A stretch of DNA of 64,000 bases from Squalus acanthias (taxonomy: Eukaryota), in assembly GCA_030390025.1 (NCBI GenBank), contig CM059433.1, positions 13,828,001 through 13,892,000 on the forward strand. Reading direction: 5' to 3'. The notes beneath the pieces are model-generated. The model was given only the letters and a program-made list of their open reading frames with translations. It had not been told where the DNA came from and made no database searches. Of this stretch, positions 24,972 through 39,153 are shown piece by piece. Position numbers and translations under genes: made by a program. Position 1 is the stretch's first letter; each line of letters opens with the position of its first letter.

Positions 24972-25667
24972 CTGTAAAATATTCTGCAGTAGATTATCTT
25001 CGAGCCATTTAATCTTATAGGCAGATAATGCTGTATAAAGCATTTTAATTAGCCACTGCTGATAATCACAGATTACGGGGAAAAGATTTTTTTAAAGAAA
25101 AATCATAGCACGATAAAGTATTCTAGCAGTCAGCTGTTTCAAGCATATGCTTTTCCAGTTGACATGGCTCAACATTTATTCTGTATATTTGGAAAAAAAG
25201 TATATTAAGAAGGAAAATCAAAGGTACTGTCACAGTGCACAAATGTAATTTATCCATCAAGACCCATTATATTATAAACTCATTTATTGAAGTCAAGAAT
25301 AGACAGATTCGGTTAACTGTCTTGAGTGGTCGACTGTTCATTAATGCATCATCTAATGTCAGTTTCACTGGGAGAAAGAGGCTGTCGCTCAGATTACTCT
25401 TGCAGAATTAGCTAAGGAAAGAATCAAGTATCCAAAAGCACTGTGAATGTCATACATAAAATAGAAATTAGATCAAAACAACCACCACTAGTAACATTTG
25501 GTACAGAAATGATGAAACGTAGATTTGACCTTGAACATGCAAATAAGAGTCGTGAAATTTAAGAAAACACCCATTATGTTGTCCATCAATATGAACTGAA
25601 TTTCGAGATTATTTGCTTCCATGGGCACTGCAAAAAAATTCGAAATGAGAATTGGAGAGATGAATAC

Positions 25668-26379
25668 TGGCCGGGACAAACCAGCCAAACCACCGCAAAC
25701 GATCGAGAAATACTAAGGGAAAATGACCTCCAGCGCCAATCGAGTTTCCGCGATCTTTTGCAGTAGTTTAAAACACATCATGCTAGAAGCCGGCCCCACC
25801 CACACAACTGGCCACGCCCCAATAGAATTAATCACCATGGCGAGTTCCCGCTAATTGCGCTCATTTACGGACCTTCGAGGAGGCTCTTAAAATTTAGCTG
25901 TGTTTATTTTTAGGCGCAAGGCCACCTTTCAAAAGCTTTTAAATATTAAAAAATATTTAAATCACTAAGAAACAGACTACTGTACCCCAATAAAACTAGT
26001 AAATGGTTCTGTATGTTTTTTAAAAAAAAAGTCATTTTCAGTTATTTAAAATCAGGTAACTCACAGGTAGATTATCTGATTAAAAAGGCTTATTTGTTGG
26101 TGATAAACCCATTTTCAGCTGTATTAATAAAACTGCACCAAGTTACCACTCTTAAATATACCAAGGAATTTTTTTAATGCAAAAAATCTTTTTAAAATAT
26201 TACATTCTATAACGCTGCCTGATTGCGGTGCTGGTTCATGGAAGATTTTACGCCCGGCGATATGCCCGCCGAGTTTGAGCGGAACCTTGAGCAAAAAATT
26301 CAATTCGGCAAACAAACACAATTTTGAGCGCAATTTGCGTCCGGATTGCCAATTGCGCCGAAAGCAGAAACTCTAACCC
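25668..26379. mobile_element. probable MITE (GC-rich ends, AT-rich centre)
   Basis: Same architecture as the other TIR elements and ends in GAAACTCTAACCC; the left boundary is uncertain. Confidence 0.4.
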
Positions 26380-26685
26380 AGTTTAAGTAGCTAACTTGAA
26401 TTAGCCACATTATTAAGGATCCTCACAAAAATTATTTACAAACTACTGCAATTGTGATTTCATCGGCTATATTTACATGTTTAGCTCAAACTACAACAGA
26501 TCCTACTTCAAATATATTTGGAAATATCATGTGTCAGTATCGTACTTGAAATCACAATTACAGAGATAGAAGCTTCATTATTCAGTGCACCCAAATACTA
26601 CCACTTCACAAGGCCAATCTTCCAATTACAGTTTTCAGTGCCCACCTAAACAAGTAGGCGGTTTTAAATCTCATCGAAAGATTGG

Positions 26686-26903
26686 TGACATGAATCTTGT
26701 CATTCGTGTATGAAGTAATACTGGGCGGCCTGCGGGTGGCGCTGTCCAGGGAGAGTATGAATACTCGGGCATGGGCCCAGCTTGCTTAGGACATTCCTCA
26801 ACAAGAACTAGTGAAGGACACAACTAGATCTCCGTGTTGTAAAACAGTTGATTAAAGCTTTGTTTAACGCTTAGACCAAGTGCCTAGTAGTTTTCTTACA
26901 TCA
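26686..26903 (+). mobile_element. solo LTR (TG...CA) inserted in a Deu-SINE remnant
   Basis: Near-identical to 49799-50024. Flanks attgg/gttgg (5-bp TSD with 1 mismatch). Internal ATTAAA. Confidence 0.8.
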
Positions 26904-27207
26904 GTTGGCACCTCCAACAATGTAACACTACATCAGCGCTGCACTGGAGTGCAAACCTAGATCATTGAACTCGCTTCCTTCTGACTCAAAATTGAGAATA
27001 CTACAACTGGGCTAAACTGCGACTCTGCATGACCATGACGGGGTGAAAACCTGCACTCTTCTGATTTTAATATTCCTGTCCTTCTATCTAACATATGTTG
27101 TGTGTACCACAAGCATCTCATGTGTGAGTCTGAGTCTATGGTGTTCGTTGGTCTGTACTTCTGCCTGAATAGCTTCATTTCACTTCATGGCACACAGAGA
27201 CAGTTAC

Positions 27208-27279
27208 CTTGTGAACTTTACAAAGAATCTCACAGAGGTTATAGATCTTTTCCGCCCATAGCCAGTCACGAATGCTGAC
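27208..27279 (-). CDS. SNTG2: gamma-2 syntrophin coding exon, 72 nt
   Basis: cag|GTCAGCATTCGTGAC...GTTCACAAG|gtaact gives VSIRDWLWAEKIYNLCEILCKVHK. Phase 0/0. Confidence 0.92.
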
Positions 27280-28164
27280 CTGTGAAAGCCAAAAACAAAC
27301 TGTTAAAAATATCAATAATGTTGTATACAATATTCTAGTTTAGTTATTGTTGTGAAATAACAAGTTAGCGTTAGGCAGTTAAAAAGTTGACTTCTTGGAG
27401 ACTGGGTGGCACAGTCATCATTGATCATTTGGGGTACATTCTATCACAATTGGATCTTGGGCTCAGATTAATGATTCAAATTTTATAGCACCTCTGTCAC
27501 CATGTAACACTACTATTTCAATATTCTTGATCTGTTAGTACACAGGAGCAATGGGAGAAGAAGAACTGAAGACTGTGAAAAGGATGTCACTGCACAACTG
27601 CAAATAGGATCGGAGAAAAGTAAGTGAGGCTGAAAAGATCCTAATGTGATAACACCCTTCAATTTAACTATAGTGGTGATTTATTGAGCTGTGAGGACTG
27701 TAGCAGGTAAAGGGTCATTCATGCAGCACTTCAGTGTCCCTTGTTGCACCAAGCAGCACAATTGCAGCAGGCATTGAGATGTCGCTGGAAAAGAGTGGGA
27801 CTTTAGAAGTATTCAAACTAGAGAAGTCAGTATTATATAGGTGTGATTTTGTGATCCCGCTAGTTCACTTGAACCATCCTACATAACCCAGTCAGCAGCA
27901 GGGTAACGGAACAACACCAAGTGAAGTTTCTTCCAATTCATTTGACTCCCTGGTAATTTCCCTTTGTCTTCCAGTATTAACAGGCCCAAGCTCATCCTTG
28001 AGAAAGTTAGAAGATAAAAATAAATAAAGAGAATTAATCTGACAAAAGAAGTGATACATTTGAATTCCCTTTGATATTTTAAGGTATTTAACGTCAGGCA
28101 TCATTCACCTAATTTGGAAAGCATTTGATGGAGTCTAAAAGGGTTCGGAGAGTTAAGAGATGGT

Positions 28165-28430
28165 TTAGAATCATACAACCATGAAGGAGGCCATTTGGCC
28201 CATGGTGCCTGTGCCGGCTCTCTGAAAGAGCTGCCCAATTAGTCCCACTCTCCCGCTCTTTCCCCATAGCCCTGCAAATGTTTCCTTTTCAAGTATTTAT
28301 CCAATTCTCTTTTGAAAGTTACTATTGAATCTGCTTCCACCACCCTTTCAGGAAGTGCATTCCAGATCATAACAACTCACTGAGTAAAAACATTTCTGCT
28401 CATCTCCCCGCTGGCTTTTTTGCCAATTAT
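28165..28430 (-). mobile_element. CR1 3' tail fragment
   Basis: Similar to the CR1 3' end at 36836-37120. Confidence 0.75.
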
Positions 28431-28435
28431 CATAA

Positions 28436-29185
28436 GGGGGAGAAAATTACTATCGCCCAGTTTGGGGAGCTAATTTTTAAAAGTTTGAAAAGTTAGCGCC
28501 GGGCGCTAATGATTTCAAACTTTTGAAAAATTTGGCGTTTGCGCTCCAGGAAGGAGGTGGAGCACGGAATCAAGCTCCACTTCCTTCTTGGAGCGCAATC
28601 GGCAGCAGGCGGGGCAGAGACTTCAGCAGCGCGGCACACTGGGCCGTGCAGCGCTGCCGCGTTCAAAGGCTCCTTCCCTCCCTTAAAGGGAAGGGCCATC
28701 GCTGCAGGCTCTGCAATAGAAAAATGACCTACCTGGACCCCCAAGGCAGCTGCGATCCCGCGCGATCAGCAGGGTACTGGGCTGATCGATCGCGGGCAGG
28801 AACCCGCGAAAAAAACCGGAACAAGAAAGCTAAGTTTTTTTTCTTACCTTGGCCACCTCACCTTTAATCATCGCCCCCGAAGCAGCCGGCCACCCGATGC
28901 ACGCCTCCTGCAGCTGTCGGTGTTTTCGCCCGGCGCTGCTGCAGGGGGGCGGAAGTCAATTTTGTGTCCAGGGCGCAACCGGGGTGCTGCGCACGGCGAT
29001 GATGTCACGATCTCCGGGCAAAGGAGATTGGGGCGCAACGCCGTAGCGCCGCCGCAAAGCTCCCACTGAATATGGCGGGAGTCGATGTCAGTGCCGCACC
29101 CGGTCGCAAAGCCATTTGGGCCCCATTAGTGCCCCCCCGCCGCCCCCCTGTAACGGGAGGCACAAAGGCACCTAATTTCGCCCCC
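28436..29185. mobile_element. Harbinger-type MITE, TSD TAA
   Basis: taa|GGGGGAGAAAATTA ... TAATTTCGCCCCC|taa; sister of 34934-35684. Confidence 0.85.
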
Positions 29186-31269
29186 TAAATGTTTTAGAAT
29201 GTACAATCAGGTTGTTTCAGGAATGTTAAGTTGTTTTAAATCTAAGTAGAAATATAAAGAATGGAACATGTATTCTAGCAGTTAATTCCATAGACCTAAG
29301 TTCAAAGAACAAGACAGAAAATACAATTTACAGTCAACAATGAAAGGACAGTACATGTAAGGTTAGCGGAGTGAGGAAGAGAAGACAACAACCAATACAT
29401 GCTATCTTGCCAGTGTCATCCACAACCCGTGATCAAATATAAAATAACAATTCTTGTAATGGTAATAATTGCATTGTCATAGTCAAATAAAGTGGTATTA
29501 ATACTACGTCTCAGTGTCTAAGTTGGTCTTTGATGCCTCCGGCAAGAAAGAGTGAAGCTGTACTTCACTTGGTGTTGTTCTGTGGCTCCAGCTATTGACT
29601 GGGTTATGTAGGATGGTTCAAAGTGAACTCATTTAGACTTCATACATGAAACCTTAAACATAAAAGGTAAATATTGATCCAATTTCTATTGTATATATTG
29701 GTGAAATGGGGGAAGATTTGTTTGATCTCTTTCTGTTAATATAGGCCACAGATTTTGGAATTTTCTGATACAGTATTCCCCACATATTGTGGGAATTGTG
29801 GTGGGATTTGGCATTCACGTTTCCTACAAAGTATTGGCTTTGCTTTAGATCCTCTTGGTTCTTGGGTGGTGATGCTCCAACTTAAAAAGCACTGCAATTA
29901 GTTTAATTATCCCACAAAATGACAGTGGAACAGCTTGAACAATATTGGGAAAATTAAACCTAATTGCTTACTAGATCAATACACGTGTCACGTGGTTCAG
30001 TACAAGTAGCTGCAAGTCAGCCACCAGCATCTGCAAGACAGTGATTAAGAAACTATGGAAGTTTTTTCTCCCTCTAATTACATCCTTTTAGAAGTAATTC
30101 CTTTTGTTTCATTTATTTTAATTTAGACTTGATCTTTTCTCTTAAGTGTATTTTAATTGTGGAGTACAGAATGTATTGATAAAGTTACATTGATATGTTG
30201 TCCTCTGGGCACTTGCCGAACAAGGTCCGAAAAGTGCCAGACCCTGGTAGTGATTCCGAAGCTCGTGCAGTAGTCACAATTTATCAACTAAAATGTTTCT
30301 ATGTCCATTTCGAAAAGTTCCGGTTGTACTCCGTTACCGTTGCTGTGATCGGTCGCTATAGATTGTAAAGCATTCTAATGCGGGCTGCATCTGATGTCCA
30401 CCCCAGGAGAGAGGTTTGTGGATCTCCACTCCCCACCATGGTTATATTTTACTGTTTGGCGCATGTGGCCAGGAACATTCATTTACTTATAACCTTAACA
30501 AGATTCAATACTAAGAGGCCAAAATTGATGCCGGCCGTACATGCCAGTATAAGTGTCGGGATGCGCCTGCCTATGGCTTATACTGTTGCCCCTGCCAAAG
30601 CATGCAAAGTTAGGAGGAATAAAACGGGCAGACACTCGCGCCAGTAGGAGTGCATTTTGGGTGGTCCAACAGAGGGTGGAAGCCACAAAGTGTAGAAGAA
30701 GGTGCTAGGTCCAGGGGCTGAGGCTGACCCACCTCCACCTATTTATTCGCAAATAAATGCTATGTCATCTCATTGTCATCTTTATAAGTGGGACAGGAAA
30801 TGGGAAAAACTTTCTACATCTTCAGTCCTGGGTGGCCTGGACCCCCAGGTGAGGCTATTTTGACCGGATGGTGTGCCAGTATGCCTCCCCTCAGTCAAAA
30901 TGCTCATATCTGTCCCGAACAAGCTCCTGCGGATCCAGGTACCTGCCTAGTTCAAGGCCCCACTGCTCCACTCCAGTCAGACATATTCTGGGACTTTGCT
31001 GGAAGAGCTGTGAATTTTTAGCCCCTAGATTTCTTAGTGACCAGGTGATCTAATGGAGGGCTTAAGCCCTAATGGATGAAAAATCACGTGGGCTGCGAAT
31101 TGGGCACAATGATCTCACCTCCCAAATTCTCAATGTGTGTTACCATCAAGCAAGGCTCAGCGTGGATGCCCTAACTTGTAAAATTCATCCCAGAGCTCAG
31201 ATAACATCCCCTTACCCCTGCTATTTTATCATTCTGCAGCTTTGCATTACTTCATGTTCATTAAATACT

Positions 31270-31888
31270 TTGGCAACAAGAGCAGGTCAGAGGCTAGGTA
31301 TTCTGTGGCAAGTGTCTCACCTCCTGACTCCCCAAAGACTTTCCACCATCTACAAGGCACAAGTAAGGAGTGTGATGGAATACTCTCCACTTGCCTGGAT
31401 GAGTGCAGCTCCAACAACACTCAAGAAGCTCGACACCATCCAGGACAAAGCAGCCTGCTTGATTGGCACCCCATCCACCACCTTAAAGATTCACTCCCTC
31501 CACCACCGGCGTACCATGGCTGCAGTGCGTACCATCTACAAGATGCACTGCAGCAACTCGCCAAGGCTTCTTCGGCAGCACCTCCCAAACCCACGACCTC
31601 TTCCACCTAGAAGAACAAGGGCAGCAGGTGCATGGGAACACCACCACCTCCAAGTTCCCCTCCAAGTCACACACCATCCTGACTTAGAAGTATGTCGCTG
31701 ATCCTTCATCGTTGCTGGTTCAAAATCCTGGAACTCCCTCCCTAACAGCACTGTGGGAGTACCTTCATCACACGGACTGCAGCGGTTCAAGAAGGTGGCT
31801 CACCACCACCTTCTCAAGGGCAACTAGGGATGGGCAATAAATGCTGGCCTTGCCAGCGATGCCCACATCGCATAAACGGAAAAAGAAA
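31270..31888 (+). mobile_element. family B LINE 3' fragment
   Basis: ATRAGQRLGIL...HHHLLKGN region plus the AATAAA tail. Confidence 0.9.
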
Positions 31889-32149
31889 TCTGCCCAAACT
31901 GACTGAAAAGAGTAAAAATTCATTTAAATTATGAAATAAGAGAAGTCTTTAAGGACCAAATATGTTGCATAAATAAATGGGCAATGGTGAATGAGCAGGG
32001 GAGTGGGACTAATTGGACAGCTCTTGCAAAGAGCTGGTGTTGGCGCAATGGGCCGAATGGCCTCCTTCTGTGCTGCGAGATTCTATGATTTTATGAAATA
32101 TAGCTCAGTGACAAGTGGTTTATGCAAAATCACTCATTTCATGACCATT

Positions 32150-33678
32150 TAAAAAAAAAAGTTATATTTGTTTATGGGATCTGGGCGTCACTGGCAAGGC
32201 CAGCATTTATTGCCCATCCCTAGTTGCCCTTGAGAAGGTGGTGGTGAGCCGCCTTCTTGAACCGCTGCAGTCCATGTGGTGAAGGTACTCCAACAGTGAT
32301 GTTAGGTAGGGAGTTCTCGGATTTTGACCCAGCGACAATGAAGAAATAGCGATATATTTCCAAGTCAGGATGGTGTGTGACTTGGAGGGGAACTTGGAGG
32401 TGGTGTTCCCATGCGTCTGCTGCCCTTGTCCTTCTAGGTGGAAGAGTTCGCGGGTTTGAGAGGTGCTGCCGAAGAAACCTTGGCGAGTTGCTGCAGTGCA
32501 TTTTGTAGAAGGTACACACTGCAGTCATGGTGCGTCGGTGCTGGAGGGAGTGAATGTTTAAGGTGGTGGATGGGGTGCCAATCAAGCGGGCTGCTTCGTC
32601 CTGGATGTTGTCGAGCGTCTTGAGTATTGTTGGAGCTGCACTCACCCAGGCAAGTGGAGAGTATTCCATCACACTCCTTACTTGTGCCTTGTAGATGGTG
32701 GAAAGGCTTTGGGGAGTCAGGAGGTGAGACACTCGCCACAGAATACCCAGTCTCTGACCTGCTCTTGTTGCCACTGTATTTATGTGGCTGGTCCAGTTAA
32801 GTTTCTGGTCAATGGTGACCCCAGGCTGTTGATGGTGGGTAATTTAGCGATGGTAATGCTGTTGAATGTCAAGGGGCAGTGGTTAGACTCTCGCTTGTTG
32901 GAGATAGTCATTGCCTGGCACTTCTGTGGCGCGAATGTTACCTGCCACTTATCAGCGCAAGCCTGAACGTCGTCCAGGTCTTGTTGCATGCGGGCATGGA
33001 CTGCTTCATTATCTGAGGAGTTGTGAATGGCGCTGAACACTGTGCAGTCATCAGCGAATATCCCCATTTCTGACATTATGTTGAAGGGATGGTCATTGAT
33101 GAACCAGATGAAGATGGTTGGGCCTAGGACACTGCCCTGAGGAACTCCTGCAGCGATGTCCTGGGACTGTGATGATTAACCTTCAACCACCACAACCATC
33201 TTCCTTTGTGCTAGGTATGACTCCAGCCAGTGGAGAGTTTTCCCCCCCCGATTCCCATTGACTTCAGTTTTACTCGGGCTCCCTGATGCCACACTTGGTC
33301 AAATGCTGCCTTGATGTCAAGGGCAGTCACTCTCATCTGACCTCTGGAATTCAGCTCTTTTGTCCATGTTTAGACCAAGGTTGTAATGAGGTCGGGAGCT
33401 GAGTGGTCTTGACCGAACCCAAACTGGGCATCAGGGAGTAGGTTATTGATGAGTAAGTGCTGCTTGATAGCACTGTTGATGACATCTTCCATCACGTTGC
33501 TGATGATTGAGAGTAGACTGATGGGGCGGTAATTGGCTGGATTGGATTTGTCCTGCTTTTTGTGGACAGGACATACCTGGGCAGTTTTCCACATTGTCGG
33601 ATAGATTCCAGTGTTGTAGCTGTACTGGAACAGCTTGGCTAGAGGCGCGGCTAGTTCTGGAGCACAAGTCTTCAGCAC
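32150..33678 (-). mobile_element. family B LINE, 5'-truncated (RT plus tail)
   Basis: LKTCAPELAAPL, YRPISLLS, FADD and HHHLLKGN*. Confidence 0.9.
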
Positions 33679-34933
33679 ACTCTCTCCGTGTGCCAGCTTT
33701 AATGTTGCAGATGCCAGTTGGCAGTTCAGTTCACATAAATCACTGATCCCAGACATGCATTCCTTCTATTTATAGCACAGTTTGAGTCTGAAAACATTTT
33801 TTAAAAATTGCTAAACTTATGGTGAAAACTCTGAATAGGAGTATAGTTTCTTCTCCCAATGTACTGTATTTTCAGTTATTTCTGGATTATATAGTCGCCG
33901 TTTATGATTCCAACCTAAGTATTTAAATTACATTTTGACCACAGTAAATTGTCCTTTTACCCTTGGATGGAAAAGAGGGTGCAATTGCACAATCTGTACA
34001 TCATTATTGCTCTTTTTTTGCAGGTCATATCTTGTTGTAAAAATTATTATATTTAGCAATTTTAATAGATATTGTTGACATTAAATTATGTAAAACTCAA
34101 CAAAAATAGCAATACTTGATCAATGTTTTATGGTTTAATTTTAAAGGGAATTAATGGTCAGAATCGTTCATTTTGTATTTATTTACAACAGCAAAACCTA
34201 TAATTTCTAGCCTGCTGTATTTGCTTTCCTGTTACATTTTAAGGGCTTTACACAGATGTTTCTCTTCTGCTCACTGTCAAGGATCACTCCAGTCAGTGAG
34301 CTCTCACTCCCCATGAACCAAAGTGTGACCTAATGTGCCCAATATTTGGTACTGTAGCAGAAACCTTTGTCCTTGTATTTAATTGCTAGATTTTAGACAG
34401 ATTAAACACTCTATCATGCCTTGGTTTACGCTATAAACGATTTAACTGGTTTATTGAAAGTGGCAAATAAATAAACGATAGACAATATAGAAGCTTGCAC
34501 TATTTTTACAGACTTCCTCCTCAGGTTAAAAAAAATATCAAAATGGTGCAACGTTTCATTAACTCTACTGATAATATTAAAGCTGGACTAGTAGCCACAC
34601 TGTAACTCTTACATGTGAAGAGACATGATGGCCTCTGGAGCTCCAGGAGACCATCTCCACACGAGTGTCCCCTTTGACCTCAGGGATTAGCGGGTGATTG
34701 ACAGATAACTGTCAGACACATATGAACGCAAATCCACGGAAGGAAAGTTTTCCTAAAGTTCGATTGCGACGGTGAAGGTTATCAGGAACCACTTTGATCA
34801 GTGCTGATGGCTTTGCAATTAAACCTATTGAGGCTGACTTGACTTCACAGAACAAACCGAGTAAAGAAGGCTACAATTAGCCCATCAACATAAAAGCATC
34901 CCATCGCATTGCAGCCAGTTGCTGAGTTTCCTG

Positions 34934-35684
34934 GGGGGAAAAATTTTGGTATCGACCATTTTGGGGCGCTAACATCGCCTGGGCGCTAACTTTAGCGCCC
35001 GGCGCTAATTAGCATCGGCGACCACGAAATTGAGTTTGAGCATCTCAAGAGGGAAGTGGAGAGCTAAATCAAGCTCCACTTCCTTCTTAGGGCGCTAACG
35101 TCAGAGAGCGGGGTGGAGACATCAGCAGCGCCACACACTGGGCCGTGCCGCGCTGCCGCGTTCAAAGGCTCCTTCCCTCCCTTAAAGGGAAGGGCCATCG
35201 CTGCAGGCTCTGCAATAGAAAAAGTACCGACCTGGACCACCAAGGCAGCCGCGATCCTGCGCGATCAGCCCGACACTCAAGCAGAGCGCCGGGCTGATCG
35301 ATCTCATGCAGGAACCGGCGAAAAAAACTAGAACAAGAAAGGTAAGTTTTTTTTTCCACTTACCTCGGCCCCCTCGCCTTTAATCATCGCCCCCCCGAAG
35401 CGGCCGGCCGCCCGATGCCGCCTCCCGCGGCTGTCGGTGTTTTCGACCGACGCTGCTGCAGGGGGCGGAGGTCAATTTCGGGTCCGGGGTGCTAACGGCG
35501 ATGACGTCACGATCTCCGGACGAAGGAAATCGGGGCGCAACACCGTAGCGCCGCCACATAACTCCCGGCGAATATGGCAGGAGTCAATTTCAGCGCCGCG
35601 CCCGGTCGCAAAGCCATTTGCGCCCTGTTAGTGCCCCCCCGGAGGGCACTAACGAGAGGCACAAATACACCCAATTTCACCCCC
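34934..35684. mobile_element. Harbinger-type MITE, TSD CTG
   Basis: ctg|GGGGGAAAAATT ... AATTTCACCCCC|ctg; shares long internal blocks with 28436-29185. Confidence 0.85.
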
Positions 35685-36835
35685 CTGATGTTTTCATAAT
35701 TCAGCTGGATTAGCAGTTGCACTAAGATATTTTTTCCAGCCACCCCACCCAAATAGATACTAAAAGAAAATAGTGACTTATTATTATTCAACATGTGATA
35801 ACCCGCCCCCCCCCCCCACCCCATCTGTCACAATTCCACTTTGATTCTATCCTCCTATAATCAATAGGAGCTTTTCCAATTTAGAAATACCTTTCCAGAG
35901 TTGACAAACTATTAAAGTTTCCATAGGTTAATTATGCAGTATGGCAGAGATGTCCACTACATTAGACATTAGCCACATGTGGCTAATTGGGAATCCAGAT
36001 GTGGCTAATTGCATTTTTGATTAGTAAATAAAAAATGAGTAATAGACACTGTCATTTGGCATGTGATCTCAAGACTTACATTCCCAGAGCATATGCATGT
36101 GTACTTTAACCTTCTTTGCATTTGTTGGTAAAATGGCAAGATGGAAAGCAGAGTGTGCGAGTGGTTTTTGATTGTTGTGTGTACTTCCTTGGTTGGTCAC
36201 TGCTTATTGGTTATCTACTCAAATGGAGTGTAACACTTCAGCACCATCGAAACACCAATATGTATGAGACCCTTGGGATGTTTTACTACGTTAAAGGCGC
36301 TATATAAATGCAAGTTATTGCTGTTGCTGTAGAGAGGGGAATTGTCACCTTGGTCAGTTTGACCACTCGGGATAATCTCTCCAGACCAGCAGAAGAAAGC
36401 AAGGCCAACCAATAGTGAGCAATCCAACAAGGCAATCATGGCAAAGGGCAAACAGCATCCAACCGTGCTCAGGGTGGCGAGCAGGGGCGGATCTGGTGCA
36501 TCTCATTGTGTGAGTCAACATTCTCAGCAATCACTCCGAGGAAGTCAAAATACTGCTAGAAAAGGCTGGACAAAAATTTAGACGCTGCATTAAGATGTGC
36601 TGTGTCCGATACATTCATGCCGGAATTCCAAGCTTTGGTGAAAGAGAAAGACTGCAAAGTTTTGCACCGCATGGTGATAGATGCTTGTTAAGGAAATAAA
36701 CACGTGAAGGACATTTACTTGTATTGTGTGCAAGGCGTTTTCTACTAAAATTAGTGCATTTGGCTGAAGCAGTGTTGCCAGAGACACGCTTGTGATGGAT
36801 CAGCAATTTCTATTGAACAACACTGTAGTAGGGAA

Positions 36836-38947
36836 GAATCATAGAATCATAGAAAGTTACAGCACGGAAGGAGGCCATTTTGGCCCATTGTGTCCGCGCC
36901 GGCCAACAAAGAGCTATCCAGCCTAATCCCACTTCCCAGCTCTTGGTCCGTAGCCCTGCAGGTTACAGCATCCCAAGTGCACATCCAAGTACTTTTTAAA
37001 TGTGGTTAGGGTTCCTGCCTCTGCCACCCTTTCAGGCAGTGAGTTCCAGACCCCCACAACCCTCTGGGTGAAGAAATTTCCCCTCAAATCCCCTCTAAAC
37101 CTTCCCCCAATTACTTTAAATCTGGGCCCCCTGGTTTTTGACCTCTCTGCTAAGGGAAATAGGTCCTTTCTATCCACTTTATCTATGCCCCTCATAATTT
37201 TATACACCTCAATAAGGTTTCCCCTCAGCCTCCTCTGTTCCAAGGAAAACAGACCCAGCCTAACCAGTCTTTCCTCATAGCTAAGATTGTCTACTCCTGG
37301 CAACATCCTTGTAAATCTCCTCTGTACCCTCTCTAGTGCAATCGCATCTTTCCTGTAATGTGGTGACCAGAACTGCATGCAGTACTCTAGCTGAGGCCTA
37401 ACTAGTGTTTTATACAGTTGAAGCATAACCCCCCCTGCTCTTGTATTCTATGCCACGGCTAATAAAGGCAAGCATTCCGCATGCCTTCTTAACCACCTTA
37501 TCTACCTGGCCTGCTACCTTCAGGGATCTGTGGACATGCACTCCAAGGTCCCTTTGTTCCTCTACACTACTCAATGTCCTACCATTTCATGTGTATTCCC
37601 TTTCCTTGTTAGCCCTCCCCAAATGCATTACCTCACACTTCTTCAGATTGAATTCCATTTGCCACTGTTCTGCCCACCTGACCAATTTATTGATATCTTC
37701 CTGCAGTCTACAGCTTCCTTCTTCAGTATCAACCACACAACCGATTTTAGTATCATCTGCAAACTTCTTAATCATACCCCCTATATTCAAGTCAAGATCA
37801 TTGATATATACCACAACAAGCAAGGGACCTAGTACTGAGCCCTGCGGAACCCCACTGGAAACAGCCTTCCAGTCACAAAAACACCCATCAACCATTACCC
37901 TCTGCTTCCTGTCTCCGAGCCAGTTTTGAATCCAACTTGACACTTTGCCCTGGATCCCATGGGCTTTTAGCTTAGTGACCAGTCTGCCATGTGGAACCTT
38001 ATCAAATGCCTTGCTAAAGTCCATATACACTACATCAAACACACTACCCTCATCTACCCTCCTTGTTACCTCCTCAAAAAATTCAATCAAGTTTGTCAGA
38101 CACGACCTTTCCCTTAACAAATCCGTGCTGATTATCCTTGATTAATCCATGTCTTTCTAAATGAAGATTTATCCTGTCCTTCAGAATTCTTTCCAATAAT
38201 TTTCCCACCACCGAGGTTAGACTGACTGGCCTGTAATTACTCGGTCTATCCTTTTCTCCCTTTTTAAACAAGGGTACCACATTAGCAGTCCTCCAGTCCT
38301 CCGGCACCACACCTGAAGCCAGAGAGGATTGGAAAATGATGGTCAGGGCCTCTGCTATTTCCTCTTTTGCTTTGCTTAACAGCCTGGGATACATTTCATC
38401 CGGGCCTGGGGATTTATCCACTTTTAAAGCTGCTAAATCCCTTAATACTTCCTCTCTCACTATGTTTATTTCATCTAATATTTCACACTCCTCCCCCTCG
38501 ATAGCAATGTCTGCTTCACTCTTCTCCTTTGTGAAAACAGACGCAAAGTATTCATTAAGAACCCTACCGACGTCTCCCGCCTCCACACACACATTACTCT
38601 CATGATCTCTAATAGGCCCTACCCTTTATTTAGTTATCCTCTTACTCTTAATATATTTATAAAACATCTTTGGGTATTCCTTGATTTTAATTGCCAATAA
38701 TTTTTCATGCTCTCTCTTGATATTTTTAATTGCACCCCTGCACTTTCTGTACTCCTCTAAAAATTCTGGAGTATTTAGCCCTCGGTATCTGTCATACGCC
38801 TCCCTTTTTTTCTTTATCCTACCCTGTATGTCTCTCGACATCCAGGGGGCTCTAGATTTGTTCGTCCTACCTTTTTGCTTTAAGGGCACATGTTTGGTCT
38901 GAACCCTCCGGATCGCCTCCTTGAATGCCTCCCACTGCTCTGACACT
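36836..38947 (-). mobile_element. CR1 LINE, 5'-truncated ORF2 plus tail
   Basis: NEYFASVFTKE, KSPGPD, YMDFSKAFDKVPH, FADD and LEYCMQFWSP; (TTCTATGA)n-type tail. Confidence 0.92.
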
Positions 38948-39153
38948 CTGAAGCAAGTCACTGCACTTCTCAGCACTTTAAGAAATGTTGCTCGGATGTT
39001 GGAACAGCGGATCTTAGCGATCTCTCATTTTTTCATTACAGTAACAGCAAGTCTGCCCCCTTATCTGTGGTGATCAAGCCAGCCCTTATAGCTAGAGGAT
39101 GAAACCTATTTCTCCAATAAGGAATCGAGTTCTTTGAGAACATTTATAATATT

